Origin: Felis catus
Lineage: Eukaryota
Direction: 5' to 3'
Length of the DNA: 64,000 nucleotides
Assembly: GCF_018350175.1 (NCBI RefSeq)
Contig: NC_058368.1
Coordinates: forward strand, 73,720,001-73,784,000
Part shown: one piece after another, positions 1 through 13,984 of the stretch
How positions within the stretch are numbered: position 1 is the first letter of the stretch
Layout of the letters: every line of letters starts with the position of its first letter
Made by a program: the position numbers and the translations under genes
Notes under the pieces: generated by a model
What the model was told of the DNA's origin: nothing
Seen by the model: only the letters and a program-made list of their open reading frames with translations
Databases searched by the model: none

Positions 1-866
1 ACCTCCTCTGAAAGCTTTCTAGCCTGAATTGTTGTGACCAGGAGAGAGGAGTAGACCTCTGGGTTCTGGGGTGCTCATTTATTTTTATGATTCATAATAA
101 TCTTTTCAGAAGACTCTTGGTCCTGCCTGTAGTAGTTAGGCTTCAGCTCAGGTCCTCGGAGAGAAGCAATGGTTTTCTCGTCAAACATGGATCCTTGTTA
201 TCCTCCACAGTTTTTAGAAGGAATGTCGGCTTTACCCCCAGCATGACTGGGAAGCCATATGGGTTTGTACCTAAGGAACAACCCAGACTGACTGCCTTGA
301 TATTTTTGAGAAACTCAATGGGGGGGTGGATTTTGAAGACTATGCAGCCCATCTGTTCCTTGTGATGTCTAAAATCTCTCAGGTTAAGTGATAGCAGCTA
401 CAAACCGGGTGCCCAGACCTCCTAGTCCTGGCCCCCTGCAGAGATGCTTCAGTATAATTTTGGTAGGAAAGTCTTAGCCTATCACGATGCCCAGCATGAA
501 AGAGCGCCATTTGAAACTTACAATTATTTCAACAGTAAGGATGGAGTTGAATATCTTGCTCACTATAACACCAGGACACGAAGTCTTTTCCATGTCTTCT
601 TGTTCTTCCCAGCTCCCCACAGACACAGTTGTTCTCTAATTTCTCAGAAGCTGGAACAGATTTTCAGGTTACAATCTGCTCCCATCTAAGAACCTTCAGT
701 TCTCCAGTTCTATTAATTAAAAAAATATTTTTTCTCAGGGGTTCTCGCTTCCATTACTTATGGATATGGATTTCCCCTCCCATTTTGTTACCGTACTTGG
801 GAGATAAAGGTGGTAATTTGTTTCTTTCCTCACTTCTAAGATTCAGACAAAAAAGATTGTATTTTT

Positions 867-1070
867 GGGGCACCTGGGTGGCTCAGTTGGTTAAGTGTCT
901 CTTGTTTTCAGCTCAGGTCATGATCTCACGGTTTGTGGGATCAAGCCCCATGTCAGGGTCTGTGCTGGCAGTGAGGAGCCTGCTTGAGATTCTCTCTCTC
1001 CCTCTCTCTCTCTGCTCCTTCTCTATTTGCATGTGAGTTCTCATTCTCAAAAAATAAATAAACATTAAAA
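867..1070 (+). mobile_element. Felid SINEC (tRNA-derived SINE)
   Basis: GGGGCACCTGGGTGGCTCAG head, (CT)n, A-tail; TSD AAAAGATTGTATTTT at 851-865 and 1071-1085. Confidence 0.93.
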
Positions 1071-3332
1071 AAAAGATTGTATTTTCTCCCTTATTGTTTA
1101 CAATGTCTTGGCTAAGTTGCTAAATTGTTTTTTTTGTTGTTTGTTTTCATTTTCATTTCTTTGGTTAATTACTGAGGTTATTTTTTTTTTCAAATATGTA
1201 TAAACCACTATATGTCCTCACTTATGAAAGTCATGCTCATGGACCATTTATCTACTGGATCTTAGTGTATTATATTACATAACCTCATTGTATATCAAGG
1301 AGCTTATCTTTGGTGCAACATAATTATGTAAATATTTCACTTTGTGTTATATCATCTGATAAGCTTGTATTTTGAGAAATAGAAGGTTTACATTTTCATG
1401 TAGTCAGTCTATCTTTCCTTTTGTGATTTCTTCCATTGCTTTTATGCTAGTTATCTTTTCATGCAATTTAAAAAAAAATGTACTCCTTGAGGGTTTGGAC
1501 ACGGTGGTATATAATTTTTCTAGGTTTGTTCCATAAACAGGCCTAGTATAGTGCTTAGGGCACAGAAATGCACAATAAATATTTGTTGATGCATTGATAA
1601 GTTTTACTTGATTAATTTATGAAGCTTACATTTCCCACAAAGTTATAATGCAGATTTTAACAGAAACACATTATATTCATTTGCATCAGCATTTCCTTTT
1701 GGACACTTACAGAGAATTTAAACAAAGACATGCTTTTTGGGCAGCATTAGCAGAAAGCTGCTGCCTTATCACTATGCTTGGTTGAATAGAGGGAGAACTC
1801 TTTATCATATCTTTCGATTTGCCTGGCTTACCAAAAATCTCATCTCACTTGTGTAAGGCTCTTGAGTCCAGCTTTACCATGTGAAGCACCTGGCCCCGAT
1901 ATAGGGAAGGATTAAGCTGTAACATGATTTCAGATCTAGTGAATAGATTTCTATCAATTATTTTGTGCACAGCTGTGGGATTGTTGAGCCAGTTAGTATT
2001 ACATTTGGGGTCCCAGAAGACTAACTCCCGGAGAGGAGAGAAATCCTAAAGTTGGACAGAAGATTCAAATCTTAGCAGAATTATGATTCACTGGGGGAGT
2101 GGAGCAGAACAGGAAGGAACCAATCCCCAAGAATCCGGAAGGAGAGAAGGGAAATTCATATTTTGCAATGAAAAACAATAACATTACCATTCTTTTTCCT
2201 CACTTCAGTGTACTGGTTAAATGTGAGGAGATGACAGTTTTAGAGAAACCAAAGTCCCTAATTCTTGCCACATCTTAATAAAGTGTGTAGGCAGAGTAAA
2301 CTGACACACATATTTTAATAAATATACATATATAGTAAAATCAATATATTATTGACTAATTGATTATAATAAACTCTAAGTTTGAGAAATGACTCTATAG
2401 AAAACTGAGAGGAATTCTTATGGGTACCCTGTCTTGCCCTTGGCCTCTTCATACATGTCCGATCTTGGGTCTCTTACCAGCTGCCCTCAACTCCCCCTTC
2501 CTAGGCCAATGCTCTGGAGAGAAAGGACATCTTCTATTCAGTTGATTCTCCCAACAGTGTGAATTCCTTACATCATGAATTTGGTCTTTATATTCTTCCT
2601 AGCTTTTGAATGACTTCTTGCTTCCAGAGGCCACCTTACCTGGGATTTGGCCTTTGGTTTTCCTTTGCAATCTCAAGGCCATCCTGCTGACTGCCAGGTC
2701 AGACTTTACCTCTTGTTTGAGTCTCACTGTCCAAGGTAACAGGGAAGGCAGGCAGGGTTTTCTCAATGCCTTGTGGTTGTCCTGGGGCCTCAGAGATGGC
2801 TGCATCAGGCAGCCTTTGCTCCTTTGGTGCCCTGTAGCTTTAACTCCCATTTACAGCTGAGGGCTTCATGCAAACTGTCTGAGGGCAAAGGGTTTGTCGA
2901 CCGACCGCTTGCTCTCGTGTCCTACAGTGGCTAATTGCAAAACAGCAGTGACTCCCAGTGTGGTCCAGATCTCAGCCCCTTCCACACGTGTTCATTCCAA
3001 ATGACTGGCCACTGGGGGTTGCCACGTACCTTCAGTCAGAGTCACTGTTATCAATCAGGACCCAGCAGATTTTGCATCAACCTTACCACTGCAGACCCAG
3101 AGACCCTATTCTCTGCATCTACTCTCTTGAAAATGAGTTTGTGTCAGTCCATGGGATGTACCAGATCTCCAGTGCAGTGAGCAACAGTTAGGGTTACTTT
3201 CTTAAACCAGACCTTTAGGGGAGCTCTGGGGTGTGGGCTGTTGGAGAGTGGCTGGTGGTGTCCCAGTCCAGGAACTATTCGAGGCCACTTGTGTGTGAAC
3301 TTCTTTTTGAGTTTTCAAAATTTATTTATTTT

Positions 3333-3705
3333 CTTTTCCAGCTTCAATGAAGTAGGGTTGTCAAATAAGAATGGTATATGTGTAGGTTTTACAGCATTCT
3401 TTTCAAAGGTACACAGCATGATCATTTGATATATGTACATATTGTAAAAGGACCACCACAATCAAGTTAATTAACCTGTCCATCATCTCACATAGTTACT
3501 CTGTGTGTGTGCATGTGTGTGTGTGTGTGTGTGCATGTGTGTGTGTGTGTGTGTGTGTGTGTGGTGAGAATACCACATTTACTCTTTTAACAAATTTCAA
3601 GTGTATTATATGGCATTATTAACTATAATTGCTACACAATACATGAGATCCCTAAAACTTATAACTGACAGTTTGAATTTCTGAATCTAAACGTTATCCC
3701 TGCTC
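3333..3705 (-). mobile_element. Old L1 (L1MA-like) 3' end fragment with internal (TG)n
   Basis: Characteristic antisense L1 3'UTR words (accacaatcaagttaattaac, tcacatagttact, aaatttcaagt); (TG)n at ~3502-3562. Confidence 0.75.
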
Positions 3706-4051
3706 CCAACCACTGGAGGACAGAGTTGTGGCTGGTAACACACCCTTCTTGGGGAGTTTCTAATTTCCTCCTTCATCAGGCAAGGCTGGCAGGGAGGCTC
3801 AGTGGCTGGTAGATCCCAGTCTGAGAATCCTAAACCCTGTATTAATTTCTCCCAAAAGGCAGCCTCATAAACAGTAGAGAATTGCTTACCTTCAAGGCTG
3901 CTTTTGAGATACAGAGGCTAGTCTAGGGCCAGCTGACATTCAGTGACAGTGCACTGAGACTGTTGCAGCCCCAGGCAGCTACAGCAAGCTGGAGAACACA
4001 GTTCATAACAAAAGAGGTCAACCTTTCCTATTGCTTTGAGTTTCCAACCTC

Positions 4052-4182
4052 TATACTGAGTTGAATAGTGTTCTGCCCAAAATCATGTCTACCTGGAACC
4101 TATGAATACAACCCTATTTGGAAATGGGTCTTTGCCGACATACTCATGATCTTTTTTCTTTCTTTTTTAATGTTTATTTATT

Positions 4183-4237
<55 letters not shown>

Positions 4238-4740
4238 GGCCGAGAGAAAGGGAAACACAGAATCTGAAGCAGGCTCCAGGCTCCAAGCTGTCAGCACAGA
4301 GCCTGACGCAGGGCTCGAACTCATGAACTGTGAGATCATGATCTGAGCTGAAGTTGGACGCTTAATCGACTGAGCCACCCAAGCGCCCTGTAGGCATAAT
4401 CAAATTAAGGTGAGGCCATTCTTCATTAAGATGGGCACTAAGTCCCATATGACTTGGTGCCCTTATAAGAAGAAGGAAATTTAGGCACACAAGGAGAGTG
4501 CCACAGGCAGTGGAGGCAGGGATTGGAAGTGATGCACCTTGAGCCAACGAACCCCCACGATTGCCAGGAACCAGAAGACACTGAAAGAAGCAGGGAAGGA
4601 TTCTTTTCTAGAGCCTTCAGAGGGAGCATGGTCATGCTGACAGTTTGATTTCAGACTTCTGGCCTCCAGAACAATGAAGAATACATTTTTGTCATTTAAA
4701 GCTGCTCAGTTTATGGCAATTTGTTGAGGAAGTTAATACA
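4052..4740 (+). mobile_element. MLT1 (ERVL-MaLR) solo LTR interrupted by a SINE
   Basis: GAGTTGAAT...TATTTGGAAATGGGTCTTTGC...CTTCTGGCCTCCAGAAC...TAATACA; degenerate 5-bp TSD acctc/gcctc. Confidence 0.85.
4152..4388 (-). mobile_element. Felid SINEC nested in MLT1
   Basis: Reverse SINEC with long (GA)n at 4186-4232. Confidence 0.92.
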
Positions 4741-7700
4741 GCCTCCCTCAGCAGATGCTTATCTGGAAAAATACGGTTATTCGGTTCGACTGCAGAGAAC
4801 AAAAACCATTCATGTTTTTGGCACAGTCAGCTCTAGGTTCACGCAGGTAGCTGCTGGAGAAGGGCATGATGCTGGCCAGGCCTGCTCTGTAAGCTAGGTG
4901 ATTATGACCTGGCCAGTTACTGTGGCCAGTTATCCGTTCAAGGTCATTGGATATTCATGGCCGTGTGGAGTTCTGTGGGCCCTATGTTAAGGCAAACTAC
5001 AGATGTTGCATTGTGCGCCACCTGTGTCCAGCATAAGGGCCTATAATGAGGAAATCTGGAATACTGTTAATGCGGACTTTTTCTCTGGTCTATCCTTTTT
5101 GTATGTATAGCTAAATATTAGTTTATTTATTTTCTCTCTGTGGTTCTAACACCCTAGCATAGGGTTGGCCTACCTTTGTGTTTCTTGCCCCAGGAAAATT
5201 CTGTGGCCCCAGGGTGGAAAGCAGAAGCGGTCTACAAAATTCCTTTTGTTGTTGTTGTTGTTTGTTTGTTTCTAAGAGCCAAAGTCCCAGGGGAAGAAAT
5301 GCCTTTTAGAAAGCAGCAAAGTGCCTTGGAAGAAATATGACGAGAGAAGAATTTTCCCCGGAGTAAAAGAAGTTCCTAAAGCTGGTGGGTGAGAGGGGCA
5401 GCAGGAATTTGCATGATCCCCTGAGCAGCACCCAGGGGATGTCTCCTAAAAGGAATGACTGCCTGCTGTGTCTTGGCAGAGTGAACTCATAAAGAGTTTC
5501 CTCAAACATGTCCCTGCCCCAGGCAGGCACAGAAGCTGAGAAAGTCTGTCGGAGAACGAGGCAGAGGTGAAGGGCACGACTCGGCTGGCTTCCTGTGTAA
5601 GGCACTGAACCATGAGCAGCCCTGGGCTACCAGAGGGACCCCCGGAATGACGGAGGTTTCCTCTGAGTGTGGAAGAAAGTAGGCTCACAATCGCAATTAA
5701 ATTGATTTATAGAGAATAAAGATATGTGCCATTTCTTGCACGGTTGATTTTGTGGACTGAAATTCACAAATTGATTTTGTGCACTGAACCCCCCCCCCCC
5801 CCCCCCGCCACGTGGTATGTTTTTCTGGTGGAAGCTGACACCTACTCAGAGGGCACACTTCATTTGCAGCGTCCGTCAGCCACAGCAGATGTATTCTGTG
5901 AGGGCTTCCACAGCCCTAGACTGTGTACCCAGGTTTCAAACAGCAAACCCTATTGGTCTCTTGATGTTGTGGGGCACTCTTTGAGGCTTCCATGTTTGTG
6001 TTTATTGTTCACGTCTCCCATCCATAAACAAATGGCCCCCCAAAAGCACATAAAATGGGGACTTGATAAATCCTTGTTATGGTAATGCCTTTTAGCTATT
6101 GACCTGTGTACCTCAAAGTAATGTGAGCTGCACCCCATCCATTCAGATACTGCTTTGGCATTACACCCCACTCCTTCTTCCTACTTCATAACACTGTCAA
6201 CATCCTGGAGGGCAGCCAGTATCTGGGTGAAATACAGGTGTCTTAGAAGGGATCTGGAAGTCCATTAGGGAAGACCCAATATGCAAAGTGGGCCGGGCGG
6301 TGGAAACATGTCTGGTTCTCTCCTCATTACATCAACACCAGCTTCTTACGCCAGAGTTTTAGAGTGTTTTCTGGGACTCCTAAAGGTGGAAGGAGATCAT
6401 CTCTGTGGCCTGTAGATTGCAATTGCCCTTCTTATTATCCACTCTATCCTGCTTTCCCTGATGCACTGAGACCCTGCTATTCACTGAAGAGAGAGAGAAC
6501 AAGTCCAGACAGTACTAGACTCCCAGTAACATAGCATGAACAGTCCATCAGGAAGAGGGCTTCTTGTTGAAGGGATTAGGAGTCCCCCCAAGGGATTTAC
6601 AGAAACCCAGACCATGATTGCCATGTAGTTGTGGGGTGGGCGGTGTGGTGTTGTTTGAACCAACACTCCCCAGTACCTCCTTCCCTCACTCCATGCTTCC
6701 TGGATGGCACACTAAACATAGGCGATTTCATTTCATTTCATATCCTGAGCATATGCAATTGCAGGTACTGCCTGAATCACATAGTTTGGCTCTGATTCCT
6801 TCCTTCCTTCACTGATTATTTATTGGATGCCTGTTATGTACCAGGCACTTTTTCTAGGCCATGAGGAGGCATTAGTGAAAAATATAAATGTTGTCTTATC
6901 TCTTCCTTATGAATTTGACATATCTGAACAGTTTCTTACTTTCTGAGGCCACCTTATGCATATTTGCCTTTCCTTCTCTCTCTGTGAAGACAGATCCAGC
7001 TCCTGAGATCCCAGCCTAGGCTAGAGCCCTGCTCTTCTTGAGGTTCCAGATGAAATGCTTGACAGATCCTAAAGCATACTCAAAGAAACAATATATGAAG
7101 ACATTTGTAAGCCATGATTTTTGCTCTGGGTTTGGAAGGCATCTAGAGTCTAACTAGTGCTAAGTCATTTATTTCTCTGGAGAAGACTGCTTAAGAGTGG
7201 AACAATGGCTTACAGAAGGATCCTTGCTGGAAGTTAACAAAGGCTTTCTTCTGTTGAAGCTTGAGAGCCAAAAACATTAATTCTGTTCTCCTCAGTGCAT
7301 TTGTCACCTTAGCACTTAGATGATTTATGTAAAAGCCTTTTGTTGTTTCTCATAATATCACAGAACTTTCAACCCAGAGAGAAAAAGGGAAAGAAAAACA
7401 AGGATACTTCTTGTTGAGATGGCAAGAACACCCAGCCAGCCTTCTCAACCTTCACCCAAATGAAAATTTTTTTTCCTTTTAATAAAGTATATGTACTTTC
7501 CTAGTCTTTCAAAAGAAAAAAAAATGTATGGGTGTTCCCTTGGGTAAACTTTCTGTTAGAAAAGCAAATAATTGAAGGAGGCCTCTGATTCGAGAAAAGA
7601 TTTTGTAAGTACTTCCCAGAAAGACCTGCTGTACTGGAGAGAGAACTGAAATGTGAAGTTTTGAGGTAAAGGAGAACGTTGTTTGTCTGCTGAGTGTTCT

Positions 7701-10700
7701 GATGAAATATCTGTCTCATCTGAGTCCCTACTGGGCAACTCTTGTCTGCAGGGTAACATAGAGGTTTGAAATGCCCCTTGGGATAGTTGGTAGGCTTTAC
7801 TATGCCTCCTCATTGCTGGGATCTGAATCCCACCGGGGAAGTTCATTTCACTTCTACTCAACAATTATTTATTGAGCAAGTACTGTGTTCCAGGCTTCGT
7901 GCTATTGATAATTTGGAAGGCGAAGCTTTTTTCTCATTATGGTTTATGAGCAGATATAAAGTGACGTTGAAATAGTGCTGCTGGTTAAAACTAAATTACC
8001 AAATCTGAGATAAGAGGGTTGTTAAGTATCAGATGGACACTTTGTTCAACAGCCTGCCGAAATCCTTGGGTGAAGTATATGAATAGATTTAAGAGTGAAT
8101 ATGCACCAAAGAAATAACATTGGATTAAATAGAGACAAAACAATTGATCATGGAATAACAGACCCAACAATTTCCAAAGCTGCCAGGAGTCAGCATCTTT
8201 CCAGCACCATGATTGACATGTTTTTCTAAAGCATCTGTTTTGAGGCGTGTGAGCTGTTCATAAGTTCATGCACATTTTTCTCTATAATGAGTGCATGATT
8301 TAGCACATAATCTGCAGGTGGCCATATGCAAACAGTTTACTTTAAGCCAGGTGTAAAGATCAAGTTTAAGTATTGCTGAAGAAGTATTTTGTTGATTTGT
8401 TTGTGTCTATTCTTTAAAATCTGAAAGTCTCTACATAAGGAATTGGAGTCATAGATCCTGGATATGAAGAGGATGAGGGTTGTTAGTAGCTCGTATGGGC
8501 CATGGAAGCACCCCAGATTGCATGAGGGACATTTACTTGGCCTTTCCTGCCCATCATAGACAGGTCTCAGAAGATCTTGGGTCTGAAGGCATCCAACCCA
8601 GCAAGGTTCATTCTTTATTCCCCTGCTAATGCTCATAGAAGACCACTGGGTAGTTCCCAGCCTGCAGGAAATCTTGAGGGGGCAGAGCTGGGTGAAGAAT
8701 TTGGGAGTGGATTCTCACTCTCCTTATATCTCTTTACTTATCTCTGTTCTTAGAGATAAGCCCAAAGAATGTCAGGCAGCATCTGGTTTCTTCACCTTTC
8801 CTTATGAAATGGGAGGCCAAAGGGATTCTCACTGCATGAGTCACGTTGGCCAGTGCTCTTTAGTCAAAAGATGATGACTTCTCAATAAACAGCCAACTTA
8901 ATTGTTCAATTTGGACTTCCTGTTTCACATTTATGATCATGTGAGCAAATTCAGTCAAGTAGTGTTCTCTCCTAAGGAGTAATATATAATATCGGATGTC
9001 TATGGGATGACATATGTGGGAAGCAACATACGTGATGGGGTCAGAATCTATGGACCAGAAACCACGACGTTCACCTCTCTCTGATTCTGCTGCTCTTCTG
9101 CCAGGGCCTCTGGAGGGTGATAAGAAAGGGGTAGGATGATCTTGCTAGTGGAAAATAGCTAAATGAGAGGTGAGCCGACTGATGAGAAAGACCAGGGTGA
9201 GCAACTGCTCTGCAGCAAGAAAACGTTTCATGCAACTGAAGGTGTTCATTAAAGTTTCAGAGTTGAAAAGGCCATTCCTGTAGTCCTTTATTCTGTAACC
9301 TGCAGAAGAATGACACACGGTTACATAAAAAGAGAAAGATCGGTGTGGTAGGAAACTCCTAAGATAGGGAATAAAAATCTGAGTTTCAATCTCTCTTCTG
9401 TCACTTACTGATTGTATATTCTTGGGCAAATCACATCACCTCCTGTGAGATCCAGCTTCCTTCTCTGTGAGACGATGGTTTTAATCATGTCCACTTTATA
9501 AGATTTTTAAAGCAATAAGTATAAGTGTACAGTGCTTTGTAACATAGAATGTTTTCTAAAATGTTTGCTATTCTCATTCTTACTAATAATAGTGATAAAA
9601 CCTGATCAAGAGAGTCTTTGAGATAGACCTCAACCTCATCTTGTTGAGGAATGGAAGTATCCTCGTAGGCTGCTATTTTAGTTAGACCAAACATCAACAT
9701 CAACATCCATTTCTTGAGAGGTTTAATCTCCTTCACTTCTCAGCCTTGTGCAAAGCTCAGTTTAATATGGGTGTCATATTAAATGGCTACTGGCTGGGCT
9801 CACCTTTTAGTAAATAAGATAAATAAGATTTTCTCATGTATACTAGGTCTTGACACATGTATTAGTGATCGGGTACATTTCAGGGTCTACGTAAGAATTT
9901 GGTTTTACGTGTCTGGATTCAGTTTGGATAACCCTGGTGAAAAACCCTAAACACCCAAGAACCAGGATTAATCCTTTAAAATGTCAGTGTGTCCTTTCAT
10001 TTACCATCAGCGTTACATCTTTTTACTTCCACAGAATAATCTGCTAGTAAGAACATACTGTGGTCTTAGAGAGGGTTAAAGTAAAATATTTTGCATCTGA
10101 CATGAATGCCTGACTAAATAATTTAATAACTTCCTTCTTTTAACACATGGAGCTAATTGCGCGTCTTCTTGAGAGAAAGTTTGTTTTCTTTAGCTAGGCT
10201 TCTGTGTTTGGCTTTAGCATTCTGTCACCAGCAGCAGCCCCCTCCCCCAACTATTAAGCAGAAACCCCGGCCACGGCACTCAACAAAGAAGTGGCAACCC
10301 TCCAAGAAATATATTTCCCACAAAGACACAGCTGAGAACATTAAAAATTGGGTAGGTCTGGTTTATGTTTGGTTCACCTCCAATGTCTCACGTATAACTT
10401 TGGAGTTGAATGAACCAGTGACAATTCAGTAAAATCACTCAGGAGCTCTGGAATCACTATTCTGACATCCACCACTTTAGCCTTTGTCTTACGTGAGAGC
10501 CTAGGGTTTGCTGACAGGGCACATCAAAGCATGGGGACTAGGCTGAGGACAGTTTGCACCGTCTTTAATCATTTGGTAAAAGCTCAGGAGGATTTGTTCA
10601 AATTCAGCTAAGTAAAAACCCTCCACTTCACCACCTCGTTCAGACAATATGAGAACCAGATGGGTTTCCACACGCTGCCTGATTGCTACTGTCTGATGTA

Positions 10701-11699
10701 GACAATCGGAATTCTGCACATCTGTGCCATGACATCAGGGAATGCCACAGCCCTTCATTTTGCTGGGTAGACCACACCAGAGCATTTTTTTTTCTAGTTC
10801 ATGTGGGAACAAAACCGTCATTCAGAAGGCACCTTGTCCTAGCCATTTGTAAATTAATTTGTTAATAAAACATTACATCAGGGTAGCACTTTACAGTTTA
10901 CAGAGTGCTTTCATTTCCTCATTTAATCCTTAAAATAACCTTGAGAAATCGGCAGGACTGTTGAAAGAGGGCTAAACTGTTGAGGAGAAAATCCGACATG
11001 CTACTATTCCCGTCTTTAAATGTTTGGTGTTAACTTATATACGGACTAATGTTGACTCATAGCAAAGAATAAAATATGTGTGAGCCCCCCTAGAATGCGT
11101 TTCTTCCTCAGGGGCATATCCTTTTCCAAACATTAATTCATGGAGCGCTGGATTTTCTGACATTTACATTGTTGCCCATAACTGTATGCAGGAATGACTT
11201 TGGCCCCTGGGAGTGGGGGGTTGAGGTGGGTGTTTGGGGGAAGAGTTTGAATCGCAGGTTTTTAATCTTGAAATATCATATTGATTTTGAGAAATATCTA
11301 CAAGTTTATTTTTGCCACACTGATTTGAGCAAAATTGACATCCCCGGAGGATATGCCGTACTTACATGCACCTGGGTATCCCAGTTTGCCAAGCTTAGGT
11401 TATTTGTTCAAACAAGAACAGGTTTTCAGACGCTACAAGGGGCCAGCTCCCAATAATAGAGTAGTTTTGGGATGGATTTTTCCTTAGATTGTTTGGGTCT
11501 GCAACCAGCCTTTGTAGTGAAGATGACCACATTGACACTATGGCTATTGAAATAATGGTGAGCTGGCATCTCCATGGAGAAACACTGCATATTCTTCAGG
11601 CTCTGCTGATTAGATGCAATTTTCTTCAGTCAGGGGTCTGAGCTGGGCTTTGCAGCAGCTCATACAAGCAAAGATGGTAATGATGCGTCTCTTTTTGCA

Positions 11700-12185
11700 A
11701 TTCTTTGTGGTATCAAGTCCAAATTTCTTTGCAGGGAACACAAGACTCTTCATCGTCCCCTCTTCCTTCACGTGTCTATTTTCATCTTCTGCCACCTGTG
11801 CTTTTCTCTCCTCCAGTACCTGAGTTCCTGTAGTCTCTGAACACATGAGAATCTCTCGTGTTTCTGTACTTTTGCACGTATCCACATACTGTTCTCTCAA
11901 GCACTGTCTTGTCCTACTAATGATAATGGCAAACTGCCCATCCTTCAAGTGTTACTTCAAGCGTGACTTCTTCCTGTTAATCTCTTCCTGACACCCTAAA
12001 GCAGACTAAGGTGTTCTTTCATGTCTCCACTACACGTGTACATCTCCCTATGGTCCCAAGCACCATATTTTCATTGCTTGTTTGTCTGTCTCCTGAGTAG
12101 ATTAAAAAATATGTGAAAACGGAAGGCATCTATCATGGTGCTGGGCACAGAGTATGTACTCAAGTGATTATTGAAGGAATGACCA
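11700..12185 (+). mobile_element. L2 relic
   Basis: Degenerate L2 3' end (ctgggcacagagtatgtactcaagtgattattgaaggaatga); boundaries approximate. Confidence 0.5.
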
Positions 12186-12703
12186 TGTGATTCTGTAGTA
12201 GTCATTTTAAAGTGGCTTTTTAGAAGTCATCCTAAAATAGCAGTAAGGAAGAAAATATACCTTGTTTTTTCTCTTGAAGTTATGGAATATATTATTCATT
12301 TTGAAAATTATAATCTTAAATATCACATTCAAAAAGTTATTTGACTGCACTCTTATTCCAGAAGGAAGATTTTGATGAAATGTCATTAGGAATGGCATAT
12401 AAGGATAAAGGGTGATAAGTATCTTTATAAAACACTAAGTTTTAACAAATCATAATATGCTCACTAAATTATCAATTAAGTGGATTCATTGATAATAGGA
12501 TTTATAGGTTAAGACAGAGAAGGAGAGATCAAGTTGTAGCAAATACAATGTCGTGTAAATAATATGGGTCATTTTACCCAGATTGTTTCTTCACTCTGTT
12601 GTTGTTGTTAAGAATGGAGCCCTTGTAGGAACTACTTTTTCTCAATTCTTCTAATATATTATCCACTCATCTCTCCCCTCTCCATTCTTCCATTCATACA
12701 TTA

Positions 12704-12862
12704 TCCATCCATCCATCCATCCAGCCAGCCAGCCAGCCACTTTTGTCGGGTATAAAACAAATAGAGGAAAGGAAAAGATATACCAAGATTATGGTATGTA
12801 TTCATTCATCCATCCATCCATCCATCCATCCATCCATCCATCTATCCATCCATCCATCCATC
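12704..12862. repeat. (CCAT)n/(CCAG)n microsatellites
   Basis: Two ATCC-type tracts at ~12704-12738 and ~12800-12862. Confidence 0.9.
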
Positions 12863-13759
12863 AAACAACATAAAATATCTGTTCTTATAAAACCTTAAAT
12901 ATCAGGAATAGGTAATTCTCATTTGATTATAAAGTTATAAATAGGGAGGCATTTTACATCATTGGGTAGAAGGATGCACATATTTTTAAAAAGTAGATTA
13001 GCCATTGTAGTATTTCTATTTTCCAGGGCTTCTGTGAGGATTCAAGAGATAAAACACCAAACAGTTTAGCTTGGAGTTCTCAGAAGAAAGATGCCAGTGG
13101 AACAAAGAATACCACAATTAATGCTCTCAGTAACTTACAGTTATGGCCCTAAAGCAAAAACCGAAGCTGATAATTCAAGTCCAGAGTACTAACTTCCATA
13201 ATGATCCTCCAGAGAGGAAGAAATGGAAGCAAAGTTGTGCCAAAAATGATTTATTCTAAATAAAAAAAGTAAATTATTTTTGGCTGTGATAGTTTCTCTC
13301 TGTCTGTCCATAAGAATGGGGATGGTTGGCCATTATTGGTTGACAGGAAGAAACTGAAGCAAGCTGCTGAATTTACAAGTCGCTTTTCAAAATAAGTTTT
13401 ACAGCCCAGGGAATTGGAGTAGTTTGTCTACTATTCGTGGTCCCTGTTGAAACTTGGATACTTAAAAATGCTGGGAAAAGGTGAGGAAATGAAGTAGTTT
13501 TTTAGGCTCAGGTTCAGGAAAGAAACCTACCCAGACTCTGGATGTAATGTCTGATAGGAAACAGTGTATTCCCTCGCTGCTTGTGGAAATGCCACTTGAT
13601 AATGAGTTTTGACCTAATTTCTTTCCTCATTACAGCACAGTAATTTAAATCACTGGAGACACATTCTGAAGCCTTAAAAAAAAAGTTGTTCTCCTGGATT
13701 AAACAAAAATAGTGTCCCTAATCCAACCTAATCTTACACGGGATCCCATTCTCAGTATG

Positions 13760-13984
13760 TTTATTTTTTTTAATTTTTAATGTTTTATTTATTTTTGAGA
13801 GACAGAGAGAAACAGAGTACGAGTGGGGGAGGGGCAGAGAGAGAGGGAGACACAGAATCCAAAACAGGCTCCAGGCTCTGAGCCATCAGCACAGAGCCCG
13901 AAGCAGGGCTCGAACTCGTGAACTGTGAGATCATGACCTGAGCCGAAGTCGGACGCTTAACAATCTGAGCCACCCAGGCGCCCT
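13760..13984 (-). mobile_element. Felid SINEC
   Basis: Reverse SINEC ending GAGCCACCCAGGCGCCCC; TSD-like TTCTCAGTAT on both sides. Confidence 0.93.

Noticed and set aside
629..1036. Recurrent ORFs with AQVMISRFVGSSP, ERERE or LSLSLS peptides (also 4178, 13785, 15934, 18049, 45431, 51250, 58424, 60828)
   Set aside because: These are translations of SINEC bodies and (CT)/(GA) tracts, not a gene family.
4905..4946. Nuclear-receptor half-sites TGACCT and TCAAGGTCA
   Set aside because: Isolated short motifs about 49 kb from the promoter, with no supporting context.
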